Positions 11,264 to 24,673 of a stretch of DNA of 64,000 nucleotides are shown here, one piece after another. Source of the stretch: Botryllus schlosseri (Eukaryota); the NCBI GenBank assembly GCA_051294905.1, contig CM119371.1, positions 40,116,001 through 40,180,000 of the forward strand, in the 5' to 3' direction. Both the position numbers and the translations under genes were made by a program. The notes below the pieces were generated by a model. The model was not told the origin of the DNA. It saw only the letters and a list, made by a program, of their open reading frames with translations, and made no database searches. Each line of letters starts with the position of its first letter. Position 1 is the first letter of the stretch.

Positions 11264-14200
11264 GTTAGGACAATCATGTGATGACTCAGCACTTTTCGTT
11301 AGCAAAGTAGATTGATTTGTGTGTAAGATGTAAGGACCGTGACTAGAAAACATATGTACTCTGTTGTTGGGGTAGCTGATTTATTGCTATGACATGGGCA
11401 TATCCTGCAGGTTTGTTGGTTTGTTTGTCTTACGAAAGATGACGCGACCTCGGTGTCGTAAATTTGTGTTAACTAAACTCGAATGGATACCGCAATTGTG
11501 CTGGACTTACACATGGGATTCACATACTGTACACATACAAACTTTTGTGTAAACAACTCTGATGTTTCTGTTAATACTAGTTCTGTGTTGAACTATTTGA
11601 TTATTAAGATACATGAATAGCCATTCAGACAATAAAGTTCTTGAGGTATCGAAACAGTTTGAAAGCACCTCCAATCATTGTACAGATTCGTAGCATGGGA
11701 ATATCGAGTGTTTTCGTGTGAGATGAATATATTTCATATGCCTTTGGTAAGAAATGAGTTGTGTGGGGTAATCATACACAACCTACAAAAGTTAAACTTG
11801 TCGCGTTTGATTGCCTACTTTTTATCGATGTCTTTGTGATGTTAAAAGACGGATGAGTTTACATTTACATATAGTAAGTGGAGAAACTCAAGTGATAAAT
11901 TTTACTCGCTTGAAAATACCGATCAATGGAGTAACAGTATCAATATTAGTGGTATATTATTTTTCGTGATATGCAACCAATCTTCAAAGTATAACTTGTG
12001 AAAAATTTATCATGTCATAGAAAAGTCGGTTGTTACGAATTCGAAACAAATGTACTTCGATTATCACGACGATTGAAATTAATACCAACGCAGTATTTCG
12101 GAGGTGGATGTGTATCGTTTGGTATGTTCAGCAATCACTAAATGACAAAAATAGCAAACTGATGCAACCCGGTAGTTAAACGATACAGTTACAAGTTGGA
12201 TGTAATCTTGATCTACAGATGACAGCTTGATGATGTAAAGCTCAACCACTCCAGTGTGTTTATTGCAAAGTATTTGACACAATCAAAATATTTAATGAAG
12301 ACCTACAAATCGGTTTCATTACCAAGCGAGTGAAAATTGTTTTCTGCTGGGTGGATATGATTTGCATTTAGAAAAACGACATAGACCGATTAAGCGACGC
12401 TGTTTCATATCCGGCGAGTGAGTAAAATTTCTTTGGAGTTCGGTTTAGTGAGTTGCTAGGGATTCAATCACATACAAGTACCGTCTTTTAGTGACAGAGT
12501 CTTGTGATGGCATTTACTTTAGCGAATGACAACGGAAAAATTTTCGATTGCATTGTCGGTGTATGTGTTACACAAATAATTCTAGTACACCTAACTATAG
12601 GACACATTTGGCAAACGTCGTGCAAATTGTTTCTTTGTGATGGTATCGACTTTCAGCGACTTAGTTTCATGTCGGGAATTATTATTTGAGGGTTCAAAAA
12701 ACAATTTCAATCAATACTACAAATGAACAACAATGCAAAACACGTTTAGTGAATTACAGTGTAGCAAGTACTTCCTTGATATTACCAGTGTTGCGCACTG
12801 GACATTTCTAGTTGAATTGGATGCGTCTAGCAAACATATCCCAATTTACTTTTGTAATGATCAAAGCCTCTCGCTATATTTTACATTTAGCGCGTTCTAT
12901 AGAAAGTGTGAACGGATTTGAGTATTAATCGTGTACTTGGGGTAGTGCTTTGATATCAAAGAGATATTTTCACACTGTGTAATGTTTCAATTCTCTGTTA
13001 CGAATACCGACAGTAACGACATTGATGTTAAATCCTCACTCTTGGTCATTGTAAGCGCATCCTCAGCATCACAACAGGTGGTATGGAAATCGAACGCATG
13101 AATACTTTTAGATGGGTGACACTAACAAGTTTATTACATCCGTGAAATACTCAGAAACACCGATTCGTGATTGTGTTAGGTAGATTCATCTTCTATATCT
13201 AGGGACACAAAGATTTCTTAACTTTGGTTACAGCTCATTCGTAACGAATTGTTGCGTGCAATCTAATAAAGCACAAGTCGAAGACGAATGATTTGATTTC
13301 AATGAACTAAAAAGTCCTTTTGTTTTGGTGTTGGGTTTAATACAATTTGTATGACTATAACGAATCCGATTCCAAAAGTGCAATGTTACATTTAACAAAA
13401 AGTTTGATGACTCGCATTCTGATATTGATAGATGTGTAGTGTAATATGATTAGTTTATAAAACCTCGGTAATGTGTTTTGCCATGTCTGTGTTCAACAAA
13501 TATGTGATCAAGTCTTACCATTCGATATTAACTTTCGCAGTCGGTGTGAGCGAAAATTTATTGAAGTAACAATACCGACGTGTTCAATAATATTCTCCAT
13601 CGATGCATTCGAATAATCCGTCAGCTGCAAGCGGATTTAAAACTCGATGCCGTTTTGTGTTTAACTCAAGTCAGTGGCTGCGTACGTGTTGATTTCAGGA
13701 ATGATCATGACGTGTTGCCTGGGTAGATTAGTTAATGTGGTTGTAACTATGACCGTAAAGAGTTGCTGACATTCCAATATCTTTTTCGCGGTAATATATG
13801 GATTCACTTGTGGTTATTTACTTCTCAGTTATTGTTCAGACATTCAAATCTCGTATACTCAAAATAAAATATGTTTATGTCAAGTCGTATATGCACCGAG
13901 TAGTAATTACTTTGTGTTATAGATTAGTAACGACTTTTACAGTTGAATGAAAATTATCGTCATATGAATACAACCAGGATGAATTAATTCAAGTTTGCGA
14001 GTTGTAGTGATATAATCAAGTAAGTCAAAATCGATTAAACACTTGTGAATGTTGTTGCGAATAATTATTTTGAGTGTGGTAAGATATTAAAATATCTCTT
14101 TGACAAACGGAAAGCCGGATCGCAAAGAGTTGCAATGTTTCATTACTTGTTTCAAATCAATGTGCGTATAATATCGAAATGGGGCTGGGGGAAAAATGTA

Positions 14201-14319
14201 GTCATGTTTGTCAATCCTGTTTCAATTCACACTACCTCAAAGTCAAAATATTTCGCTTCGGATTACATCAATGTACCTATAGAACATCTCGCGAATGGAT
14301 TCCGACATCGTGCTATAAC

Positions 14320-14985
14320 TGGATCGCTATGTCTGATGCATTATCCTGTCAGCGACGTAGGGTTTTACAATTATTTCACACCTTTTCGAATAAGCGCCAA
14401 CTTCGCAAAGGATTAGGGTTGGATCAGAAATAAGTGAGAATTTGTCGGTATTCGAATCACCGTCTGCGACGGTTCGGTTATTCGTTACTTATTAAATCTT
14501 ACCGGCGAAATCCAGTTCTGTGACATACTGATTACCAAAATATTACATTGTGAACGATCGGTATGTATGTACCAGAAAATCGCGAGTGATCGCTATGTCT
14601 GAGGTGTTATCTTGTCAGCGAGCGCGGGATTTGCAACCTATTTCACACCTTTTTGAAGTGTTAGTTTGCGAACGCGGCTATTGTTGGTATTGGAATCGCC
14701 GTCTACGCCGGCTCCGTGACAAACTAATTACCAAAATATTACTTGTGCGTAATTCCTACCTTTGTAACATCAAACCACGAGAGATGGCTACTCTGATGTG
14801 TTATCTTGTGAGCGGTCGTAGGATTTTACAAATATTTCACACCTTTTTGGAGTGTTAGTATGTGAACGCGGCTATTGTTGGTATTCGAATCGCCGTCTAC
14901 GCCGGCACTATGGTAAACTAATTACCAAAATATTATCTTGTAAGTGATTCCTAGATTTAGCAAACTATTTCACACCTTTTTTGCT
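14320..14985. repeat. Three to four degenerate ~190-270-bp direct repeats subterminal to 15662
   Basis: tatttcacacctttt four times (~14372, 14639, 14833, 14966); ggtatt.gaatc.ccgtct.cg.cgg and attaccaaaatatta three times each. Confidence 0.85.
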
Positions 14986-15208
14986 GAAAGTACGACATGC
15001 CGCCCGCAGTCTATAACCGAAAGTACGAATCACCGCCGCGTCCATAAGAATAACGATATATCATTGTCGCACTCGCCGTAAACGTTGGGATTAACTCGAA
15101 TCGGTCATATATAATAATTTGGGATATAAACACTACCTAAGGATCAATCACGTGACTATTTACTTGATACATATTCAACACCATGCGAGAGATGGCTATA
15201 CCCGAAAG

Positions 15209-15640
15209 GGCGATTCATGACCACACCCATAAGAACACATGGCGAATCACCAGAGACCCCGTAAGAATACATGACAGGCGAGTCACCACCGCAGCCTATA
15301 TCAAAAAAGGCGAATCACCACCACGAGTTTTCACGGCGAATTACGACCACGACCTATACCTGAAAGGGCGAATCACGACCGCACCCATGAGAACCAATGG
15401 CGAGTCACCGCCGAGAGGGGGGTCCAAAAAGGCGAGTCACCACCACAGTCTATACACAAAAGTATGATATGCGAAAGTACGACGTGCGAGAGATGCCTAT
15501 ACCTAAAAGTACGATGTGCGAGCGCACCCATAAGAACACATTACGATGTGCGACCGCGAGGGGGGGTCAAAAAGTACGATGTGCCACCACGAGTTTTCCA
15601 TACGATGTGCGACCGCATCCATAAGAACCCCTGCCAGGTC
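15209..15640. repeat. ~32-bp-period array with two alternative 9-bp cores
   Basis: GGCGA(A/G)TCA-type cores at 15209, 15241, 15277, 15309, 15335, 15367, 15399, 15431; TACGATGTG-type cores at 15463, 15478, 15510, 15542, 15575, 15601. Confidence 0.92.
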
Positions 15641-16245
15641 ACGACCGATCATACTAACTACTTCCGTATAACAATGAATGGATTATTATATAACAGTATA
15701 TACACATATTTGCTTTCTACGTAATACGCACTGAAATTATGTAAGCCGCCGTTGATTTGTAATGATTCGATGAGGAAATCGTATTGTTTCAGTCCAAATG
15801 AAAGTTTCAAATCTTTGTCCGGTGTATGCGACGCAGGCCTACTCCTCGCCAGGCGGCAATATTCAAATTGCGTTTTAGTAAGCATTAAAGATCAATACAC
15901 ACATTTCTATTTGAAACTGGGTAGAGTGGTTTTTATTGTCATGTGGCGACATATAGTGGCATCAAGAGTGCATATATAATTGGGATAGGATACGTCGGTG
16001 ATTCTAACAATCACACTACTATTATGAACACCGAATATATAGGCTATTTACATTGTGGATAAACTGTTACGTATTTATGGGCAAAGCAAAACCTGGTGAT
16101 GTAATATTGACCAGTGGCGTTAGGAAATGCTACATTTATTGATATCATATCGAACTGTTTCCTGCTAACAAATGTTCAGTTTCTGTCAAAGTCCTTTTAC
16201 AAATTAAAGTAAACGTTGTCTCCCAAAGACATCGGTTAAATATGT

Positions 16246-16500
16246 TAGGGTTGCCATACGTCCGGAATTTCCCGGACATTTTCGGAATTTCATTGTTCAA
16301 ACTAGCGTCCGGGAGGAATTTCTAAAACATGCCAAATGTCCGGAATTTTGAAGACTTGACGTAGACTCATATTTTTTTCGTAAATCAGCCTAAAAACAAT
16401 AGTTTTTGGTAATATTTATGCTGATGCATGATATTTTTCTTCGCGCTTGGCGCGATTTACCATCACATTTATTGAATTTAATTTGGTGAGGTGTGTTTGA
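16246..16500 (+). mobile_element. One end of a hAT MITE (TAGGGTTGCCA family), same family as 28093-29122
   Basis: tagggttgccatacgtccggaatttcccggacatt...gaggaatttctaaaa matches the reverse complement of 29030-29122; other end not found. Confidence 0.75.
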
Positions 16501-18554
16501 AAAGTTAGGACCACTCAATAATAATTAAATATCTTGGCAGGAACGAAACAGCACTTCGTCAGGCCCCGCAAAAAACTAAGGTCTTGGGCTCCCATAGGGT
16601 GATAAATTGACCCTCCCCCCATCACGTTGTTCGCTTTTACCACGAAATTAGTTGTATTATTTAGTGAGCATGCGCCAAGCGCGAAAATTTTCAATAATTC
16701 ATAATAAAATCGGTCAATAAGATCGGTAATTGCATATATATTGCTATCAATTTCTTGTCCTCTCTGCTCGCGTTATCAGATTTACCGGTAGAGCTGAGTG
16801 AGGTGTCTTGGAAACTGTAGGGCCCGTAAATAATAGGCTAATTAAACATCTTCAGGCGGACGGACCCGTCGGTATGACTTCGTTACATAATGTTATTTCG
16901 TGACCTCCGCTATATCAAAAAATATATAATCGAATAAATGTACTAAACTAAAAGACGCACACGATTTCAAATTGGTGTTTCTTTACTGGCATATCACATT
17001 TTCCTGCGGGGTGGTATTTGTCTTGTGAGGTTCAGATTGCTAAGATAGGAACATTCGGCGTCAGTTATTTGGGCGCCTGTGGACAATTAAACCTATACGT
17101 ATCAGCATAAGCGCAGTTCTTTTCGGCCAAGGTTTTCTCGCTGCAGATCATTCTGGCACATTTATTGGAGTCGCATGTTACATGGCCTAAAACTTTATAT
17201 CCTGGTGCTTCGTAGCGCGGTTATGGCCTACGCCGATATGCCCATTTCTATAAATCTTGCTTATTTTTTATCGGGTGAAGAGTACCCAATGATGAAGATA
17301 CCTGACAACCTAATATCGCGCAAAGCGCGAAAAATTTTTGAAAAAGATGAATAAATTTTCAAAAAATACTTCATAATTTATGCTAATTCACGAATTAATT
17401 TTGGGTCCCTTCGAGCTCGCCCCCCCCCAATTGGGGGGTTTGGGGTGCGGCAGTTACGGTGCTGGGTGTTGTGCTATGTCGCCACAAGCCGTTAAAATCG
17501 GGTGAGGGTTACGCTACGAATTGTTGTAACGGTTACTGGTGATCTATTATATTCTGCGTTGAGTGTCAAATATATGACGATTAAATTAAGAAAACGTATA
17601 ACTTGTCTTCCTGGAACTTGGAGAATAAATTTTGAAAAGGCGAAGGCTTGGTCCCATATAGTTCCGCCCGAATGGCAGTAGTGAAATTGACGTCCTACTA
17701 GTAGTTGACTGCTCAATAGTCAATACTCATGCCAAGTCGCCTTTTTCGTGAGTATTTGTTAACATATAGCCTACCGATAATTTTGTCAAGTAGTTTTAGA
17801 ATTGATAGATTCAGCGATTGAAAGTGAAATCAGTTTAATGACCTATCAGACAAAACCTGCTGTAATCGCTTGGTATCACAAGATAAGTTGACTGGCTAAA
17901 GAGGTATTGAGTATTCCTTGTGAAAGAGCGTTCAGTTTTTGTGGAAATATGTTTGTTGATAGTAAAATATATTCTGTCATTCCACAAGTTCAGATCGGGG
18001 TTTCTCACACTATTTCACCCAATCCTTCCCTGGCCGCGAACCAGGTATCAACGCCCCCAAACCCGCGAAATGATCATTACCACATCGTTGTTTTGAGACT
18101 AAATTCGGCTTAAAGAAATTGCATAAAACATAGTGAGCATTAAAACTGCAACAGCAAGTATATCTCACCTTTGTTTGGTGCTGAATGTTCGGCACCGTTG
18201 GCGTGATGATGGTGTTGAATAATCTGGTTCCCAGCTATGACGTTTACCGAGCTATTTTCGAATGTTTGAGCAATTTTTCCCTCGGCTAATTTCGCAGATT
18301 TTGCAGAATCTGAGAAGAGTTCGACGTGTTAAGTCGGGTATAGGCTGTTCGGATGATAAATACAATTATGCTATCTCTCTATTCGGTCTTTCTGGTGCTT
18401 TCTCACTACGCCCAAAATCCCACGCCATGTAGTTTGATGTTCAATTTAATACAGCATTTCACATACCTCAAGCGAGTTTCACGCTATGACTTTCATAACG
18501 AAGAACGTAATTGGTCTCTGTCAGCTTAGTGAGTCCATTAGGCATCATCTAGTC

Positions 18555-20075
18555 CAGGGGTTCTCAACCTGCGGCCCGCAGACGTATATTTTGCGGCCCG
18601 CGACATCCTTCATCATCAACTGCTGACTGCATACTGCTGACACAGTATTGTTACATGTTAATCTAGCTTTAGATCCCTTATCGCACCGTCTCTTTGGTTT
18701 GATTACTCATTCTTTGAAGTGTTCTGGATCTCGATAAATGCTCGAGTTTAGATTGCTTTTGTTTTGAATCGGTTTATTTACGACTGGACTATGGTTCAAG
18801 AAATCCTGCAGCGTAATACATTTTTAAAGAGTGTTTCACTCACCGCGAATGGTTGGAAGCTTTGAACAGAAACAAGAACAAGTGACGGGAAATCAAACGT
18901 CGAAAACTGGGTTTGTAACTCTACGTGGAACAATGAATTTGCTTTCTCATATATATATGGAAAACCGATGGTTCATATATGTTCAAAAACAGTGTCGTAA
19001 CGAAGCGTAGAAGCTTAAAATGATACTACGACAGTTTCTTCTGGAGTTATACATATCGCCTGATCTTAGAAAAAACGTTGCTAGCTAGGTGTCAAGCCCG
19101 GCAATCCATATTTTGAGGCATTGTTAAAATTACCGACGACGTTACTGACGCTGACGGAGCATCGTTTAAAATTGCTTGTTATATCTCTAAACCAAAGAAA
19201 TCTGCTAGAAAAGATGTATTTCAATAAAACTTCAACATACTGTGCGAATATTCGCTGTTTCTGGAACTTAACAGCAATGAAACCATCACCTGACAAATTT
19301 TAAAGCTACAGTTGTCTGATTCAACCGAACCAAAAAAGTAACAGCAATGTTAGTCGATCTTTTATCGCATGTTCTAAAACACGTTTCCGCGTAGATTACT
19401 ATAGCCTAGAATTGGACGAATCCACAGACTCCACATAGTAGCCTACATACAGTACATAGCTTAATATCTGGGTGCATTTTATCAGAGTGGAAATATTTGC
19501 AGAGGAAATGCTGGCAGGGAAAACGTGGGTAGGGGACCAGCAAAAACATCCACTTGACAAAGCTGACTTCTGTAGCTATTGGTGCAGGGCTCCAGTCACA
19601 GAAGGAAAGGAGAAGGGTTGATTGGTTTGCTCCGACATGACCCCGAATGCCAGATTTCTTCTCGTTTCACTGAGAACTCAAAGTTATAATGGCCTCTGAA
19701 ACGAAGACGTTTCCCTAATTTTTATACTTGCTTGCTCACGCATTGAAACGGAGAGTTCGGTTCTCTGGTGGAAGGGTGCGAAGTTGCAAATACCGACTTG
19801 GCAACGAATGCAATGCACACTCCATGAAGGGATTGACTTGCGTCGCTGGAGGATACGTATTCTCACTAAACACAGCAACTGCAAACTTACGAACGCTGCT
19901 CATGAATGCTTTAGAACGCATACAATTGTACTAAATGCCCGTATACGACCTGTAAATAGGCTACAGCCTAAATTTAATTGCAGTCTACAAATACACGATA
20001 ATAAGGTTCTGCGGCCCGCAGCGTCTTTTGCTGTGAAAATGCGACCCGTTGCACCAGGGAAGTTGAGAACCCCTG
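18555..20075 (+). mobile_element. Internally deleted hAT Buster/Charlie element with transposase relics
   Basis: TIR CAGGGGTTCTCAAC; TSD atctagtc/atctcgtc; GCGGCCCGC subterminal motifs; relic YSLELDESTD at ~19398-19430 (family motif SLALDESTD). Confidence 0.92.
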
Positions 20076-20129
20076 ATCTCGTCTAAATAGCACCTCAATA
20101 GTGGTGTGTTGCATCATGCTCAGACTATT

Positions 20130-20395
20130 CAGAGGTGGTCAAAGTAGTCTCCGTCGCTACTCAAGTAGAAGTAGAAGTAACGCCGGAATTTCTACTCAAG
20201 TAGAAGTAGGATTGGTGGTTCACAAGTAAGTAAGTAAGTAGGTATTCTAGGCTTATTTTTGCCTACAAAACTGAAAACTGTCAAGTAGAAGTAGAAGTAG
20301 TCTAAAATCAAAACTACTTAAAAAGTAGTGTTAGTTGGAAAAATCTACTTCAAGTACTTCAAAAAGTAGAAGTACTTCGTTACTGACCACCTCTG
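20130..20395. mobile_element. hAT-like MITE with AAGTAG iterons; related relic at ~49790-49900
   Basis: 12-bp TIR CAGAGGTGGTCA; TSD degenerate. Confidence 0.85.
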
Positions 20396-21499
20396 GACAA
20401 TATCACGCATTTCTCCGATTAGGCGACCACGCCGTCGGTGTTTTGGCTGGTTCTTGTAAATATTGGAAACTTTCTATTGTAGGTAAAAGTTTCTGCATGG
20501 TTTACCAGTCATATCCACCCTCCACTCGTTTCTACACATCCTGCTGTTAGGTTTTATATTGAAATGCCGAAACAGAAAGTTGTGAGGAATTACCCGGTTC
20601 AGTGAATCCATTAGGGGCCTTTCTGATGGAAACTTTATGTGGGATATGTAAATATTTGAACATGATTTCCTTCTTATTGCAATCCGGTTTAGTATATATT
20701 ACAGTTAAAATCGTGAATTTAACCACTTAAAATTATCACACCGCAATTCACACAATATATTCACGGCCAAACCGTCAAAAAGTGAATGACTAAGGTCCCG
20801 AGTCTGTCAACGGCCATACTTTCAACCGCGCGCTTAAACGCCACATTTTGAGTTCGACTCCAACCTTACACCGTCCTCAAATACCATAGCCCGCCAAATA
20901 TTACTCGAGGGAACGCTGAGAAAGCAATAAACATGGTCAAATACCACGTGCGCTACTTGAAAACATTTGCATGCCACTAGGTTTGTCCACGTAGGGTACC
21001 AAAGTTTCAGAAACACTGCCTTACATGAAAAACTTCATTAGCATGAATCTTGGTTAGTTGAAATACTGATAAGCGAAAATCGAGATTTTCCACGAACTTC
21101 TTGGCTTTTTTAATTCGACTTCACGCGTAATCTCTACGGTTATCATATACATGCGTTGATGAGACTCATTGCTGCTAATCCATGTATCACCCCTGTATTC
21201 TTCTTATAATTAGCTCAGCATTTATTGTCACTTATTGGGACTTGGGCGGAGATAATAAAGTTCGCGGATGCGGGAGAATGCTAATCCTATGAATAAATAC
21301 TTCTAATCGCGACGAGTAAAGTTGGCGAAGGTTACGCAAGATGGTTGGTCGAGGTGTCCCGAGTTTTCAATCAAGTGGCGTTATCTGCCGCATCATAATG
21401 CGAAAACGCGTTATAGGCTGGAAAGTGTCAATTTGTTGAATGAAACAGCAGCCTGCTGAAAACTATACTGCTATACTACTATACTGTAGAATTATCATC

Positions 21500-22664
21500 A
21501 CCGCGAAATGAAAGTCGTGTCCAATTTGTACGGTACAGCTAAGAAACGGATTATAGAATATTGATATCGCTCTGCAATAGCGGGTACATAATTCGTTGAT
21601 TGTTTAGTGAAGAAATTACCCTCTAGGAGATAATCGGCACGGTCATTATCGGGAATAATTGTGCGTATAGGAATGGTTCGCAGTGTACGTCGTTTTTATA
21701 GTTGGTTATCTATAGTTTGTTCCGGCCAAACGCAGAGCTTATTGGAGTTTCCAATCATTGTATTGATATCATTGGTTCCGGCTTTTTAAATCATGAGATT
21801 AACACTGACTTTTCTGCGCTGCGATCGACTGGTTTCCTTAATCCTGGGTTGATAAATTCTGACGACCGCGATAACCGACTTCATTGATCCAACTTTATAA
21901 TCTCTGACCTTAGAGTTGAATAAACGGTCATTACACAAACCTTCGTGTACGTCACTGGCTTCTCCCTCCGTGTTGATTATATCGCGAACACCATTGATTT
22001 GGAGGATCTGATCTCCAGCCACCACGTTGACTGTGCTATTTATGAAACTTTGTTCCACATTGTCACCTTCAGCCAACGTTGCGGCTCCTAGTACAAACAT
22101 GATTGTTGTTATGCGCGCAAGGATAAGGAAGATGGCATAATAACAAAATACGGTATATTGAAAACCTTTCCATCTCTTATTGGCCAATATTTAGTTATGG
22201 CTTGTTTTGCATTCGGATCAAGATTCAATGATTACACATTGCTAATATTAATATTGATGTTGAGTATGCATTCCAATATGACGTGCATTACTAACCGCAT
22301 GTCTGGGCAGATATTGGTGCAGACATTGCATCGGACACAGCAGAGCTTTGATCTTGATCCTTTGCCGACATGGTATTAATCACTTGATACTAAATTACTG
22401 GCGTGTGATACAATACTAAAAATAAACGGATAGGAAATACAGAATATCATTAATTTTATCTGTGTAACAGTTCGATACTAAGAATTCCGATGCATATAAA
22501 AATATTTCAGAATATTCATTAGAATTCGAAGTTGTACACATCCCCGTACCCAAAAAATGCGTAACTCCATAAATCCTCTGGCTGAAATGTAGTTGTAGTT
22601 TTCCGGCCAAAATAAAATTAGTAACTATTCGGTAATGAGACACAATCCTGCTTAAGTTGACCAC
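21500..22664 (-). pseudogene. Possible decayed coding sequence of unknown family
   Basis: 133-aa ORF 21786-22187 plus protein-like flanking frames broken by stops and frameshifts; no family recognised. Confidence 0.3.
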
Positions 22665-22673
22665 GATAAAGAG

Positions 22674-24673
22674 CAGGGCTGTGGAGTCGGAGTCGGTGCA
22701 GTCGGAGTCGGAGTTTGGCTAATTTTCTCTTGATGGAGTCGGAGTCGGAGTCATGGGTAAAATACTGACTGGAGTCGGAGTCGGAGTTTGTGAAAATGAC
22801 CCTGACTTCGACTCCGACTCCGACTCCAACTTATCAATCATGAAAACAATTGCTTTCAAAGGATTTTCAATAGAATTTTTATGTACCACCAATCGTTGTT
22901 ATTAATAATCATACAGATCAGGTGCGGCCAACTCGTGTCACGCAGGCCAAATGTGGCCCTCGAGAAGGTTTTGTGTGGTCTGCGAGGTGATTCCCGAAAT
23001 TATTTATAACATCAGGTAAAATTGCAAGGCCAACCAAAATTTGATCATCCTGACCGCGAAATTTGATGATGACTAAGACATCAGCCAGCTCTGACACATT
23101 GGCGTATCCGGGGACCAGCCACATTTATCGCAGATCTTCGTATATGACCAATTGACCGTAAAGTAGAATATTTCGTAACAGATTTATTTGACTTGAAATT
23201 TTTTTCGGTACTTCGCATGATTTATTGTCACTGGATTTCTTGCATTCAATATTGGAGCCCCCTTCTGAAAATTATAAATACATATTATATACAGAATTGA
23301 GTCTAACTATATTCGCAATTAGTAGATAACGTGTCGTCCAACATGCGGCTTAGCTTGTGCACTCGCAGCGAGATCGTCGTCGACGAAATATTTGCACAAA
23401 ATGATAGAGGCATATTCACCGAAACCGTCGATATTGCTATGTCTAACGTCGAATAATTCTGTCCTAGCCAAATAAGCCCAGTTGTATACAGATGCGACCC
23501 CCAATATCTGTTAGTAACATATTTATTGATAGAATTCTGTCATTACCTTGGAAAAAATTTCGCGCTTCGCGCGATTAGGGCATGACTACACACTGCACAG
23601 TTTCATGACATAATTGTTATCAATTTTAGAGCGTAGTTATATAAATCTTGTTTGCAATGTTACGTAATTCGGTTCGCTTCTATTGGATGACTAAAAAAGG
23701 TTATCAACATTCCAGTTGCCCACGCAATGGTTCGTAAATCTCACGTGTTCCTTTGGCCGGAAAAGTCGGCCACCCTGATATCGATAAAATTAGACATTAT
23801 TGCAAATTACAATTCAGTTGCATAGAGGAAGAAAATCGTAATATGCATTTTCGCGATGCAGTAAAAATTGATGCTACTTATGGAATTATACCATGATACT
23901 GTGGCAGAGCAAATGCATCGACTGGTTTTGTAAAATTATAAAATTGAGGTAAATGTAACCAAACGATGCTTCCCACTTGACAAAATTAAAAATATTTGAA
24001 GTGTAGCTTATAGCTGTTAGGGGCGAACAAATGATTAGAAAAGACTGAAGGTCTTAGTCCTTGAATACTTGACTAAGTACATGTAGACTAGACATAGGCT
24101 ATGGTATTTGACTACTTACTGTATTTCATTTATGACCAATGTCTATTAGTAGTAAGAGTATGTGTGCTTGTAATCAGTATAGTGTGTAATTAGAAAATTA
24201 TTAAATTCAATCTCTGTATTAGTTTCTGACTCATACACATGTGTAAGAGCTACTATTGGATTTTTTATCTACATTTTGAATATACAGGATTAGATATATG
24301 TCATATTTAATGATTCATACATATTAGGATATTAGCGAGTCCATGTTATAAAAACTTATAAAATATGACAAAGGGTGGATATTTAGCAAATCATTCTTTC
24401 ATGATAATTGCATAGTGGATAATTCGAGCTGTGTCACATTGAAACAATTTTCCATGCCACCGTTGATCACATGTTTGCATATGTTTAATGGTTGTATGAT
24501 AGTCATTTAACCGACAGTGTGGCATATAGGTTTCGAAGTAAATTGGTAATACTGTTGGAGTCGGAGTCGGTACGTTTAAAGACTCAAGAGTCGGAGTCGG
24601 TATATTGAAAATGTGTGGAGTCGGAGTCGGAGCCGGAGTCGGTGGTAAAATTTACCGACTCCATACAGCCCTG
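22674..24673. mobile_element. Non-autonomous hAT (Ac-type) element with GGAGTC iterons
   Basis: TIR CAGGGCTGT; TSD ataaagag/atagagag; (GGAGTC)n arrays at both ends. Confidence 0.93.
22919..23777. mobile_element. Charlie-like hAT MITE nested in 22674-24673
   Basis: caggtgcggccaact...tgtggccc / aagtcggccaccctg; TSD atacagat/atatcgat. Confidence 0.7.

Larger units (their letters stand above)
7066..15662. mobile_element. Decayed large DNA element, Polinton/Maverick-like (one terminus only)
   Basis: Ends ...atactaACTACT (5'-AGTAGTTAGTAT on - strand) after ~1.3 kb of repeats; interior has stop-riddled protein-like frames; no polB, integrase or capsid motif recognised. Confidence 0.5.

Noticed and set aside
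15209..15640. CRISPR array
   Set aside because: Constant part is only 9 bp, spacers recur and are mutually related, no cas genes, eukaryotic context.
15183..15724. Overlapping ORFs 15183, 15397 and 15464 as genes
   Set aside because: By-products of the stop-poor repeat array.
16549..17464. CAGCAC...GTGCTG-bounded element
   Set aside because: Only 6 bp of terminal match and no TSD; likely several unresolved MITE fragments.
21786..22187. PDZ domain (GDQILQING)
   Set aside because: Only this short motif matches; no GLGF loop or other PDZ elements are evident.
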